Assembly: GCA_965248205.1 (NCBI GenBank)
Contig: CBDFIS010000006.1
Location: 6,224,662-6,288,661 of the forward strand
Source: Bryobacterales bacterium
GTDB lineage: Bacteria > Acidobacteriota > Terriglobia > Bryobacterales > UBA6623
Direction of reading: 5' to 3'
Length of the DNA: 64,000 nucleotides
The notes below the pieces were generated by a model that did not search any database, had not been told where the DNA came from, and saw only the letters and a list, made by a program, of their open reading frames with translations. A program made the translations under genes and the position numbers. Of the stretch, positions 28,648-38,571 are shown in pieces (the stretch's first letter is position 1; each line of letters begins with the position of its first letter).

Positions 28648-29995
28648 TCGTGCACGCCGCGTTTTGTCTCTCCGGCTGCGCTTCGCACCCAAGCGCGGAG
28701 CTGTAGGGAGGCCGCGCCGGGCACGATGCAGCGGTCCCACCCGACAGCGTCGTCGTGAGAAATCCAGGCTAATGCATTTCATTAAGCTAAGATGCTCTTC
28801 GGCAATGTGGCTTTCGATAGCTCTAGCTGTTGCGACGCTACTGGCTACACCCCAGGGTTCTTTACGGGCACAGCCAGTCGTGAATGCGGTCGTCAGCGGT
28901 GCATCATTTGATGCTTGGATCTCGCCCGGATGCATCATCTCAATCTTTGGCTCAAATCTTTCGGAGTCCACAGCCAGCGCGACCGGGGTGCCCCTGCCTA
29001 CTACCATCCGAGACGTGACAGTGACGGTTGGGGAAATCGATGCCCCCCTTTACTTCGTTTCGCCGGAGCAGATTAATGCACAGGTACCTTTCGAACTAGG
29101 TACAGGAAGTGTGTCTCTTTTGGTTAGTACATTCGGTGGAGCCAGCGCTCCCTATGTGCTGAGATTGACTGAGGCTGCGCCAGCCCTTTTCTCTAAGAAT
29201 GCGACAGGTGAGGGTCCGGCACTTTATTTCGACGCCGGTTTCCAACTGCTCGACAAAGTGACGCCTGGTGACACAATCATCGCCTACGCCACTGGCCTCG
29301 GGGCCACAAACCCTCCGACAATCACTGGTGCGGGCGGGGCAATCGCAGAGCCACTTAACCGAGTTGTCCATTTGCCTGAAGTATTCATTGGGGAACAGCC
29401 TGCCCAGGTTGTTTTCGCTGGATTGGCGCCTGGGTTCGTAGCCGTCTATCAACTCAATCTAATTGTTCCCTCAATGCTGGGATCAGACCGGCTGTTCATC
29501 AGGACGCTGAATCAACAAAGCAACATCGTTGAAGTCGGAGTCCGTCCCGGAGAAAATGTCCAGAACGTCCGCGCGGCAATCCGAGCAGTCAATCCGCAGA
29601 GCGAGACGAAGGCCGCGCCGTCACCCTTTCTACTTGTCGGAGAGTTTTCGCTCAGTCTTGAGATCAAGCCCTTTGCCGAGCTCTTCTTGGTCGCCGCTGT
29701 AAGCGAAGCTGGACGCTCTCTAATTCAAATCGATCCAGCCGCAAAGACCTTTGTCGCCAGCGCAACGGTTCCGACGGCAGAGACTAGATTATTTGACTTT
29801 TCTCAAACCAACCTTAAGCCTGTAGACCTTCTCAATGGTGGGGAGCCCATAACGGGCGGCCGAGTGCCATTGGCCCGGCTAGATCCGGAGACAACCGGCT
29901 CTCTGGACCTGTTACCGTTTCCAAACGCTTCCGAGCCGGGAGGGGCAACCGCCTTATTTCAAGTGGCAGATTCGCTGTCCGGTAGTAGTTTCACT

Positions 29996-31324
29996 CACTG
30001 CTGTCCGGTTAAAAGTCGAATAGAATCAATTGGTTGGGGTCATAGGGGGATTCGTTTGGGGAGTCGGATGGCTGGAGTGCCTGTAAAAGGGGCATTTTTT
30101 CGAATTGCGTAACGCTGAGAATCTGTAGAATCTGGTAAAGACTCGCTTCCAGCCCGAGGCGTTTCCGGACGATGGCGATGAGCACGTAAATCGAGACAGC
30201 GATCCAGATCTGCGTCTTGACGGCGTTCTCGCTGGTGCCGTAAAACGAGTTGATTCGCAGATGTTGCTTGATCCACTTGAAGAACAACTCAATCTGCCAA
30301 CGCGACTTGTAGATGTGGGCGATGGTCAGCGCCGGGAGCGCGAAGTTGTTGGTCAGAAACTTCAGCCGCTTGTTCGTCCGGGCGTCGAAGTAACTGACCC
30401 TCCGCAACGGGTCGGGATAGGCTTGGGCCGATTCGATGGCAGCCAGTATGACGGTCTGATCCGAGCGCAAGCCCGTGGATTTGTCGACGGGATGCGAGTA
30501 GCGCCGTTGGAGCAAGATGTTCTTCTTGGTTCGCACGACGAAGAACGACGAGCAGAGAGTGAACACGAAGAGGCGTTCGAAATCGACGTAGGCCCGATCC
30601 ATGACGTAGAACGCGCCGGCCTCCGGGCCGATCTCGTCGAGGATGTTGATGTCGTGCACTTTGCCTCCAGTAATGCGGATGAACGTGGGAATATTGCCGT
30701 GCAGATCCAGCAGCGTGTGCATCTTCACGGCGGCTTTTTGCTTGCGGAATCTCGCCCACGGAAACAGCGACAGGCAGAGGTCGATTGTTGTCGAGTCGAG
30801 AGCGTACAGAGTCTGGTCCAAGTCCACACCGATCGGGTCGTGGGCATATAACGGCCGTGCCATGCCAATCAAGACCTGCGCGAAGTCCGCGTAGATCCGC
30901 CAGTCGCGCGACTCGTTCGCGTCGGCCAGTGTCGAGCGCGCTACCCTGCCGCGGAATCCCATGTGGTAGAGTTTGCCGTGCATCGAACGCAGGCACGTCT
31001 CGATGTCGCGGAGGCTTGCCCGATAGGTCAGCTGGGCGAATGCCATCGCAAGAAACTGATCCCAGCAGGAGAAACTTTTCAGATAGGAATCGCCGCGGTA
31101 GCGCGATACACATTTCTGAAACTCTTTGCTCGGTAGGTGCTCGATCAGTTGGGAGAAAACCGTACGGCCAAGGTTCATCCCTCATTGTGCCGCGTCCGGA
31201 TGCTCCGTTCAGGCGACCATTTGCGGCCTCGGGATTTCAAATCGTTCCCGGGCAAAACAGGCCATAAGACATTGAACGGTCGAGACTTACCGTCCGATGG
31301 CGCGACTTTCCCCGGACAGCACTG
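29996..31324 (-). mobile_element. IS4-family insertion sequence, copy 1 (1329 bp, intact)
   Basis: The ends are CACTGCTGTCCGG ... CCGGACAGCACTG, 13-bp imperfect inverted repeats with one mismatch. It is flanked by the direct repeat TTTCACT (29989..29995 and 31325..31331; 8 bp if the terminal G is counted). It appears identical to copy 2 in every supplied reading frame. Confidence 0.9.
30009..31178 (-). CDS. IS4-family DDE transposase (DUF4372-like N-terminus plus DDE_Tnp_1)
   Basis: 389-aa ORF. DDE candidates are ALDSTTIDL and YVMDRAYVDF. The IS4 Y-2-R-3-E-6-K signature is present as YKSRWQIELFFKWIK. Confidence 0.9.
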   Translation of the reverse strand: MNLGRTVFSQLIEHLPSKEFQKCVSRYRGDSYLKSFSCWDQFLAMAFAQLTYRASLRDIETCLRSMHGKLYHMGFRGRVARSTLADANESRDWRIYADFAQVLIGMARPLYAHDPIGVDLDQTLYALDSTTIDLCLSLFPWARFRKQKAAVKMHTLLDLHGNIPTFIRITGGKVHDINILDEIGPEAGAFYVMDRAYVDFERLFVFTLCSSFFVVRTKKNILLQRRYSHPVDKSTGLRSDQTVILAAIESAQAYPDPLRRVSYFDARTNKRLKFLTNNFALPALTIAHIYKSRWQIELFFKWIKQHLRINSFYGTSENAVKTQIWIAVSIYVLIAIVRKRLGLEASLYQILQILSVTQFEKMPLLQALQPSDSPNESPYDPNQLILFDF

Positions 31325-31998
31325 TTTCACTATAGATGCCGAAAATAACTCTGGCCTCTCAACTTTCGCTGGCTTTCTTCAGATCCCATTCGCTCCATTC
31401 CAGAACAAGAGGATGACGAAGTTCAGGCTGTTTGTCGACGGCAGGCTAGTGGCCTCAGCAGACCAGCCACTTCATACGGTGTCAGTTGAGAAAGGTGATG
31501 GCGCGAGCACTTCGTGGATCGACCAAGGAGACGGCGCCGGTGCAGCTATGATTTTCGATAGCGGAATTCGCCAAGACTACCGCAAGTGGCTCAGAGAGGG
31601 CATTGTAATGGCCGCGCGCTTTTTCAGGATGAACAATCTTGGCAACGCCGGAAGGGTCCTGATCTTTAATTACACTTCCGTCGAGAAACTCGCAGAGGTC
31701 GCGGCCTCCTGGCTTAACCTTTCACCCGAGGCTGCCCTGGGCTTCTGGACCGCCGGCTGCCCAGGGGGCTTCGCGGTGCCTGAGGCATGGTTCAGTCTCG
31801 TATGCAACAACCAGCCACCCCCCAGTGATCCCTTTATTGTTGCTCATGAATACTTCCACACGCTGCAGGGGAGGCTAGGAGGAAAGTACCTGATTCGCAG
31901 ACCGTTTGACGAGACTCCGAGCGACGGCCCCCGGTGGTTCAGTGAAGGAAGTGCAGATTACGTAGGGGATCTCGTGATTTCGGACAACGGCTTTACAC

Positions 31999-33327
31999 CA
32001 CTGCTGTCCGGTTAAAAGTCGAATAGAATCAATTGGTTGGGGTCATAGGGGGATTCGTTTGGGGAGTCGGATGGCTGGAGTGCCTGTAAAAGGGGCATTT
32101 TTTCGAATTGCGTAACGCTGAGAATCTGTAGAATCTGGTAAAGACTCGCTTCCAGCCCGAGGCGTTTCCGGACGATGGCGATGAGCACGTAAATCGAGAC
32201 AGCGATCCAGATCTGCGTCTTGACGGCGTTCTCGCTGGTGCCGTAAAACGAGTTGATTCGCAGATGTTGCTTGATCCACTTGAAGAACAACTCAATCTGC
32301 CAACGCGACTTGTAGATGTGGGCGATGGTCAGCGCCGGGAGCGCGAAGTTGTTGGTCAGAAACTTCAGCCGCTTGTTCGTCCGGGCGTCGAAGTAACTGA
32401 CCCTCCGCAACGGGTCGGGATAGGCTTGGGCCGATTCGATGGCAGCCAGTATGACGGTCTGATCCGAGCGCAAGCCCGTGGATTTGTCGACGGGATGCGA
32501 GTAGCGCCGTTGGAGCAAGATGTTCTTCTTGGTTCGCACGACGAAGAACGACGAGCAGAGAGTGAACACGAAGAGGCGTTCGAAATCGACGTAGGCCCGA
32601 TCCATGACGTAGAACGCGCCGGCCTCCGGGCCGATCTCGTCGAGGATGTTGATGTCGTGCACTTTGCCTCCAGTAATGCGGATGAACGTGGGAATATTGC
32701 CGTGCAGATCCAGCAGCGTGTGCATCTTCACGGCGGCTTTTTGCTTGCGGAATCTCGCCCACGGAAACAGCGACAGGCAGAGGTCGATTGTTGTCGAGTC
32801 GAGAGCGTACAGAGTCTGGTCCAAGTCCACACCGATCGGGTCGTGGGCATATAACGGCCGTGCCATGCCAATCAAGACCTGCGCGAAGTCCGCGTAGATC
32901 CGCCAGTCGCGCGACTCGTTCGCGTCGGCCAGTGTCGAGCGCGCTACCCTGCCGCGGAATCCCATGTGGTAGAGTTTGCCGTGCATCGAACGCAGGCACG
33001 TCTCGATGTCGCGGAGGCTTGCCCGATAGGTCAGCTGGGCGAATGCCATCGCAAGAAACTGATCCCAGCAGGAGAAACTTTTCAGATAGGAATCGCCGCG
33101 GTAGCGCGATACACATTTCTGAAACTCTTTGCTCGGTAGGTGCTCGATCAGTTGGGAGAAAACCGTACGGCCAAGGTTCATCCCTCATTGTGCCGCGTCC
33201 GGATGCTCCGTTCAGGCGACCATTTGCGGCCTCGGGATTTCAAATCGTTCCCGGGCAAAACAGGCCATAAGACATTGAACGGTCGAGACTTACCGTCCGA
33301 TGGCGCGACTTTCCCCGGACAGCACTG
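31999..33327 (-). mobile_element. IS4-family insertion sequence, copy 2 (1329 bp, intact)
   Basis: Same termini as copy 1. It is flanked by the direct repeat GCTTTACAC (31990..31998 and 33328..33336). The boundary is ambiguous by 1-2 nt. Confidence 0.9.
32012..33181 (-). CDS. IS4-family DDE transposase (copy 2)
   Basis: 389-aa ORF identical in sequence to 30009..31178. Confidence 0.9.
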   Translation of the reverse strand: MNLGRTVFSQLIEHLPSKEFQKCVSRYRGDSYLKSFSCWDQFLAMAFAQLTYRASLRDIETCLRSMHGKLYHMGFRGRVARSTLADANESRDWRIYADFAQVLIGMARPLYAHDPIGVDLDQTLYALDSTTIDLCLSLFPWARFRKQKAAVKMHTLLDLHGNIPTFIRITGGKVHDINILDEIGPEAGAFYVMDRAYVDFERLFVFTLCSSFFVVRTKKNILLQRRYSHPVDKSTGLRSDQTVILAAIESAQAYPDPLRRVSYFDARTNKRLKFLTNNFALPALTIAHIYKSRWQIELFFKWIKQHLRINSFYGTSENAVKTQIWIAVSIYVLIAIVRKRLGLEASLYQILQILSVTQFEKMPLLQALQPSDSPNESPYDPNQLILFDF

Positions 33328-34020
33328 GCTTTACACCATTCCCAGATATCAGGTCGGCTTACACGGCTGACGCCAGGAAGGCAACAGCACCTCTTAAATC
33401 TATGGAGAACGGCCCTGGTTACTACTCAGCGGGCCACGCGGGTTCTTTGGGCTTAGTTGCCGTTGATTGGCTCGTTGAAAGGGCTGGGCTTACGGCCTTG
33501 TCAAGATTCTATGAAGGAATTGGCCAGGGAGCCACGTGGGAAGCAGCCTTTGGAAATGTCTTCGCGATCGGTGTGGATGAGTTTTACAGGGAGTTTGAGG
33601 AGTGGCGGGCTCAGAACCTTCAGCCTTTCCCAAAGATAAATGGCCAGGTGACGAACGTGGACGGTCTGCCATTTCCGGGGATCCACGTCTACGCATGTCA
33701 GATCCCTGTAGGAGGCTGTGCCCACACGACAACAAATGAAGACGGTAGGTACTCGGCGGACGTGCCCGATGGAGACTACCGAGTACAATTCGGGCGAGTT
33801 CAGGACGGCACCCGACCGGATGGTTTCTACAGTATAGACGGGTTCACCACTGATCCAGGTGAAGCGACAATCATTACCGTAAGCGGCGAAGACGTGGACG
33901 GCATCGACGTGCAACTACCGTTTTAAGACAATCGACAACCGGCTCACGGCTTTGCGCTTCAGATGCAGCGCTCTGGCAGCGGGTCGGGTGTAGGATTGGA
34001 TCTAGTATCACCTCGAACCG

Positions 34021-34689
34021 ATGAGCGACCCCATTCGCGCTGCCTTCTACGACTTCGACGGAACACTGGTTTCCAGCAACGTCGTAACTCGCTGCGCGTT
34101 TTTCGCCAAGAATCATCCTTCCCGGGCTCAAGCGTTCCTGCGATATGGAAAGTTGCTCGTCGCCGTCCCCCTCTGGATAGCCCTCGATCTTTACTCCCGC
34201 CGCCTGTTTAATGAGGTTTTCTATCGCCAGTACCGCGGTATGAGCAAGGGCTGGCTAGCCGCGAAAGCGGAAGAGCTTTTTGAGCGAGAGATCCGGCCAA
34301 AGATCTACCCGGGAGCGCAAGCGTTGCTAGACAGTGACCGCCAAGAAGGTTTTCGGCTGGTTCTACTGAGCGGCGGACTGGATTTCGCGCTTGCCCCGGC
34401 GGTGCGTCACTTCGGCTTTGATGACCTGATCTGCAACCGGCTGGTCTACGAAGACGGGGTCGCAAATGGGGAGGTCGTCACGCCGCTGCTGGCCGAGCAG
34501 GAAAAGGTTGCCGCCGTCCATCGATTCTGCCGCGAGTATAATGTGGACACGGCACGCTCGAAGGCCTATTCCGACAGCCTTTCCGATCTTCCCATGCTGG
34601 AAGCGGTGGGGCTGCCCAGCGCCGTAAACCCCGACCGTCGCCTTCGCCGGGTGGCGAACGATCGTGGTTGGCCCGTTCTGAACCTTTGA
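34021..34689 (+). CDS. HAD-IB family hydrolase (phosphoserine-phosphatase-like subfamily)
   Basis: 222-aa ORF. Motif I is FYDFDGTLVSSN, motif II is LLSGG, and motif III is KAYSDSLSDLPML. It has the cap-domain length typical of HAD-IB. Confidence 0.85.
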   Translation: MSDPIRAAFYDFDGTLVSSNVVTRCAFFAKNHPSRAQAFLRYGKLLVAVPLWIALDLYSRRLFNEVFYRQYRGMSKGWLAAKAEELFEREIRPKIYPGAQALLDSDRQEGFRLVLLSGGLDFALAPAVRHFGFDDLICNRLVYEDGVANGEVVTPLLAEQEKVAAVHRFCREYNVDTARSKAYSDSLSDLPMLEAVGLPSAVNPDRRLRRVANDRGWPVLNL

Positions 34690-34699
34690 ACCGAAAGTC

Positions 34700-36385
34700 A
34701 TGGCTACAGCTGCCGAGGGTGTACAAGTTGTCCCCGACTTTGACTTTGGGGACCCCAAGCCGAATGCGGTGGGGCGCAACGCCCTCGTGCCGACTGACGG
34801 CTGCGTGGTACACCTCGAAGCCAATTCGGCCAAACGATTACTGTGGTCCGGCGAAGACCTGCTCGATGTGACTCTGCCTGCGGGTACGCGGGTGATCTAT
34901 CCAAAGCCGACGATCCCTGGGCTACCTGACCGCGGCGCGGCGATCCGGCATGCTCTGGGGCACTGCGCTGGGATGGATGCTTTCGGCGCGCTGCTCCAGC
35001 CCGGCATGAAGGTTACCATCGCGATCGACGACATTTCCCTGCCACTGCCGAAAATGCCCCGGCCCGACGTGCGGGAGTCTGTGTTGACGATCCTGCTTGA
35101 CGTTCTCGCTGCGAAGGGGGTCACCGACGTCCACATCATCATCGCCACCTCGTTCCACCGCCGCATGGAGGCCTTCGAGATTCGTCGCATCGTGGGTGGC
35201 CGAATCTTTGACGCCTATTATCCGCACAATCTTTACAATCACGACGGCGAAGATCCGGACGGCATGGTCGAGTTGGGACAGACCGAGCTGGGCGAGCGCG
35301 TGCGCATCAATCGCCGGGCCGCGGAATCCGGCCTGCTCGTCTACGTCAATATCAACCTCGTTCCCATGGATGGCGGACATAAGTCCGTAGCCGTGGGGCT
35401 GTGTGATTACCCCTCGTTGCAGGCACACCACACACCGCAGGCGATTCTCGAAAGCGACTCCTATTTCGACCACACCCGATCGCCGCTGACCGATTCCTGT
35501 AACCGCATGGGCAAGGTTGTCAACGACAATCTGAACGTTTTCCACATCGAGACCGTCCTCAACAACGCCATGTTTCACCCGGCGATGGACTTCTTCGTCA
35601 AAAACGAGGACAGCTACACGGGCCTTGATACGGCCCTTTTCAAAGGTTCTCAGTGGGCTCTACGTCAGCTGTCGCGGTCGGCGAAGCGAAAGGTTCTGTT
35701 TGCCGTCCCTGCATCGTATGAACCCATCGCCATTCACGCAGGCGCGACGGATCCTACCCACCTCAAGACGCTGGCGTATACGTATCAACAATATTGTGTT
35801 CCCATCGAAGGCCAAAGCGACGTTGTAATATTCGGGATCCCTTTTATTTCGCCCTACAACGTCAACTCAATCTTAAATCCGTTGTTGGTGCAGGTGCTGG
35901 CCTTGGGATACTTCTTCAACATGTATCGCGGGATGCCCGTGGTGAAGAAGAACGGCGTTATGATCCTGACGCACCCGCTGTATGACGAATTTGACTCCCG
36001 GCACCACCCTTCGTACATCGAGTTTTTCCACCGCGTTCTTCCCGAGACCAACGACTCGTCCACGCTGCAACATAAATACGAAGCAGAGTTTGCTCACAAC
36101 CCCGAGTACATCGAGATGTACCGCACCGGCAACGCCTACCATGGCGTGCATCCGTTTTACATGTGGTATTGGGGTGAAAACGGGCGGGCGCATGTGGGCA
36201 AGGTGATTGTCGTCGGAGCCGAGAACCCCCAGACGGCAGAAGTGATGGGCTGGGAATGTGCCGCAAGCATCCAACAGGCCCTCGAGATGGCGCATTCTCA
36301 TGTGGGACATCCGCCCTCGGTCACCCACATGCACATTCCTCCGATCAATATGGCGGACGTCAGCGGTACTCCCGAAACCGTCTGA
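34700..36385 (+). CDS. LarA-like (lactate racemase N-terminal domain, DUF2088) protein
   Basis: 561-aa ORF. The segment [52 protein letters not shown] matches the DUF2088 pattern (DxTRP.P ... AtGtHR). At 561 aa it is longer than canonical LarA. Confidence 0.65.
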   Translation: MATAAEGVQVVPDFDFGDPKPNAVGRNALVPTDGCVVHLEANSAKRLLWSGEDLLDVTLPAGTRVIYPKPTIPGLPDRGAAIRHALGHCAGMDAFGALLQPGMKVTIAIDDISLPLPKMPRPDVRESVLTILLDVLAAKGVTDVHIIIATSFHRRMEAFEIRRIVGGRIFDAYYPHNLYNHDGEDPDGMVELGQTELGERVRINRRAAESGLLVYVNINLVPMDGGHKSVAVGLCDYPSLQAHHTPQAILESDSYFDHTRSPLTDSCNRMGKVVNDNLNVFHIETVLNNAMFHPAMDFFVKNEDSYTGLDTALFKGSQWALRQLSRSAKRKVLFAVPASYEPIAIHAGATDPTHLKTLAYTYQQYCVPIEGQSDVVIFGIPFISPYNVNSILNPLLVQVLALGYFFNMYRGMPVVKKNGVMILTHPLYDEFDSRHHPSYIEFFHRVLPETNDSSTLQHKYEAEFAHNPEYIEMYRTGNAYHGVHPFYMWYWGENGRAHVGKVIVVGAENPQTAEVMGWECAASIQQALEMAHSHVGHPPSVTHMHIPPINMADVSGTPETV

Positions 36386-36391
36386 GCGCAG

Positions 36392-37384
36392 ATGAAGACC
36401 ATTCTCGTGACCGGGGGAACGGGTTTCCTCGGTAGACACCTGATGGAAGAACTGAAGCGCCAGGAGCCGGATTCGCGGTTGCGGCTGTTCCGCCGAAGGG
36501 CTTCGGTTGGGGAATCGGATCCCTCGGCCGAGGTCGTTCGAGGCGACATTACCTCTCCGGAAGACGTTTCCGCCGCCGCGGATGGCGTTGCGGAGATCTA
36601 CCACTTGGCCGGCTCAGTGGAGCGTGAGCCGAAGGATCCTACCCTGCTTTACCGGACCCATATCGAGGGCGTGCGCAATGTCTGCGAAGCGGTTCGCGAA
36701 CATAAGGTCAAGAAAGCCGTGCTGGTATCTTCCTCGGGTACCGTCGCCGTCAGTCGAGATCCCGTCAAGCGCAACGAAGACTCGGGATATACCAACGAAG
36801 TCACCAGCCGCTGGCCCTACTATGCCGGCAAAATCTTCGCCGAGAAACTGGCCATTCGCTATTTCGAGCAAGAGCAATTGCCTGTCGTCCTGGTGAACCC
36901 GAGTCTGTTGCTGGGTCCGGGCGATGAGCGCGGGTCTTCGACAAAGGACATCGCGCTCTTCTTGGGCGGGCAGGTAATGGCGGTCCCTCGCGGAGGCTTA
37001 AGTCTCGTCGACGTGCGAGACGCGGCGGCCGGCCTGATTCTTGCAATGCAGCTCGGCAGGGCGGGGGAGCGCTACATCCTCTCAGGCCCGAACTGGACCT
37101 TCCGCGAGTGGATGGAGAAGACCGCGCAGCTTGCCGGAGCCAAGGCGCCGAAGCTTCAACTGCCTCTATGGCTGTCGCTATGGTGCGCTCGGCGAATGCG
37201 TTCGTTGCTACCGTGGGTTGGCAAGACGTTTGAGCTGGATGACACGTCGATTGAGATGGCGGACTTGTTTTGGTATTGCGATGCAGGGAAGGCCCGCCGC
37301 GAGCTGGGCTTCAAGACTCGGGATCCGATGGCGACGCTGCGCGATACGATCGAGGACATCCGCAAGCGAAAACCGGAGCGCTAA
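36392..37384 (+). CDS. NAD-dependent epimerase/dehydratase-family SDR
   Basis: 330-aa ORF with ILVTGGTGFLGRHL, a YxxxK motif (YYAGKIFAEK) and an extended-SDR layout. Confidence 0.85.
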   Translation: MKTILVTGGTGFLGRHLMEELKRQEPDSRLRLFRRRASVGESDPSAEVVRGDITSPEDVSAAADGVAEIYHLAGSVEREPKDPTLLYRTHIEGVRNVCEAVREHKVKKAVLVSSSGTVAVSRDPVKRNEDSGYTNEVTSRWPYYAGKIFAEKLAIRYFEQEQLPVVLVNPSLLLGPGDERGSSTKDIALFLGGQVMAVPRGGLSLVDVRDAAAGLILAMQLGRAGERYILSGPNWTFREWMEKTAQLAGAKAPKLQLPLWLSLWCARRMRSLLPWVGKTFELDDTSIEMADLFWYCDAGKARRELGFKTRDPMATLRDTIEDIRKRKPER

Positions 37385-37390
37385 CTGCTG

Positions 37391-38353
37391 ATGGCGCTGT
37401 GGCGCAAACCCGTTGCGATCTTCAACCCGCGAGCCGCGGGCGGCAAAGCGGAAAAGCGGCTGCCTGAAGTTTCTCGGTGCTTGAGAGAACGACTTGGGCC
37501 GGTGGAAGTACGAAGGACCGAGCACAGTGGTCACGCCACCCAGCTTGCGTATGATGCGCTGAAAGCGGGCGCCGACCTGGTCATCGCCGTCGGTGGGGAC
37601 GGTACGGCAAACGAGGTTGTCAACGGTTTCTTCGAAAACGGCCAAGGGCTTCGGCCCGAAGCCTGTCTGGGCTTCATTCCATTCGGTACCGGCGGAGACC
37701 TTCAGCGCACCCTTGAGATCCCGTCCGATGTGGGAAAAGCCGTTGATATTCTTGCCGCGGGCGCTCAGGCTCCGATCGATGTCGGTAAGGCGGCGTTCGT
37801 CGCCCACGACGGCGCGCCCCTGGAGCGATACTTCGTAAACTTGCTTAGCCTGGGCATAGGCGGGGATGTGGCTGTCCGTGCTAAGAACCTATTGAGCCCG
37901 CTGCTGGGCGGTAAGGTCGCCTTTCTTTATGCTACGTTTGCGACTTTTGTCCGTTTTCGGGGGAAACGAGTTCGACTGACGCTCGACGGAGCCTCGGAAC
38001 CGACTGAATTCTTCATCTCGAATGTTGCTATTGGGAACGGTCAGTACCACGGCGGCGGGATGCACCCCTGCCCGCGAGCCGTCATGGATGACGGCTTGCT
38101 CGAAGTGACGACCATCGACTACCTCACGATGTTTGAGTTCTTGCGAGACCTCAACTATCTCTACTCCGACGACATCTATCGCCACCCCAAGGCTCGTCAC
38201 TTCCGCGCCCGCAAGATCGTCGCCGAGTCGGTCGAAACCACCCACATCGAAATCGACGGCGAAGCGCTGGGCCGCCTGCCGCTCGAGGTCAAACTACTGC
38301 CACGCAGCCTACGTGTCGTGGTCCCCTCTACGAGTAAGTTGGTGGGTCAGTAG
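37391..38353 (+). CDS. Diacylglycerol-kinase-family lipid kinase (YegS/DagK type)
   Basis: 320-aa ORF with AIFNPRAAGGKA, the catalytic-domain motif VIAVGGDGTANEVVNG, and FIPFGTGGD. Confidence 0.85.
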   Translation: MALWRKPVAIFNPRAAGGKAEKRLPEVSRCLRERLGPVEVRRTEHSGHATQLAYDALKAGADLVIAVGGDGTANEVVNGFFENGQGLRPEACLGFIPFGTGGDLQRTLEIPSDVGKAVDILAAGAQAPIDVGKAAFVAHDGAPLERYFVNLLSLGIGGDVAVRAKNLLSPLLGGKVAFLYATFATFVRFRGKRVRLTLDGASEPTEFFISNVAIGNGQYHGGGMHPCPRAVMDDGLLEVTTIDYLTMFEFLRDLNYLYSDDIYRHPKARHFRARKIVAESVETTHIEIDGEALGRLPLEVKLLPRSLRVVVPSTSKLVGQ

Positions 38354-38571
38354 CTGCGGCGGGCGGTAGCACGGACGTGCCGCCAAGTTCCGTAGCGCAG
38401 CCATCCGCGAGGTTGTAGAAGCCGCGCAGCAGTGAAGAACCGGTGCCCCGCAGGGGATCCGGTAGTTCCGGCAGAGTCGGATAGTTTGGGATCTAGGCGA
38501 CCGGCCCCCCCTTTCCCGCTATCGGTTCGCCACCCGCCAGATCCGCGGCCCTTTTTCCAGGGCTACCCAGG

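Larger units (their letters stand above)
28772..33926 (+). pseudogene. Large secreted protein (N-terminal TIGR03437-type Ig-like domain, HExxH metalloprotease-like region, CarboxypepD_reg-like C-terminus) disrupted by two IS4-family insertions
   Basis: Removing 29996..31331 and 31999..33336 (each IS plus one target-duplication copy) joins 28772..29995, 31332..31998 and 33337..33926. The result is one uninterrupted frame of about 826 codons. The junctions read ...SGSSFT/IDAENNSG... and ...DNGFT/PFPDIRS.... Motifs: NAVVSGASF, YFVSPEQINAQVPF, GLAPGFVAVYQLN; VAHEYFHTLQG; GQVTNVDGLPFPGIHVYA...DGRYSADVPDGDYRV. Confidence 0.75.

Noticed and set aside
29996-33327. Two IS copies plus the 674-bp interior as a composite transposon
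   Set aside because: Each copy has its own distinct target duplication. The interior is simply the middle of the interrupted host ORF, in frame with both flanks. These are therefore independent insertions.
31137-33926. ORFs 31137..32015 (292 aa) and 33300..33926 (208 aa) as independent genes
   Set aside because: Their N-terminal portions are read-through from IS sequence. The non-IS parts are contiguous segments of the reconstructed 826-codon gene.
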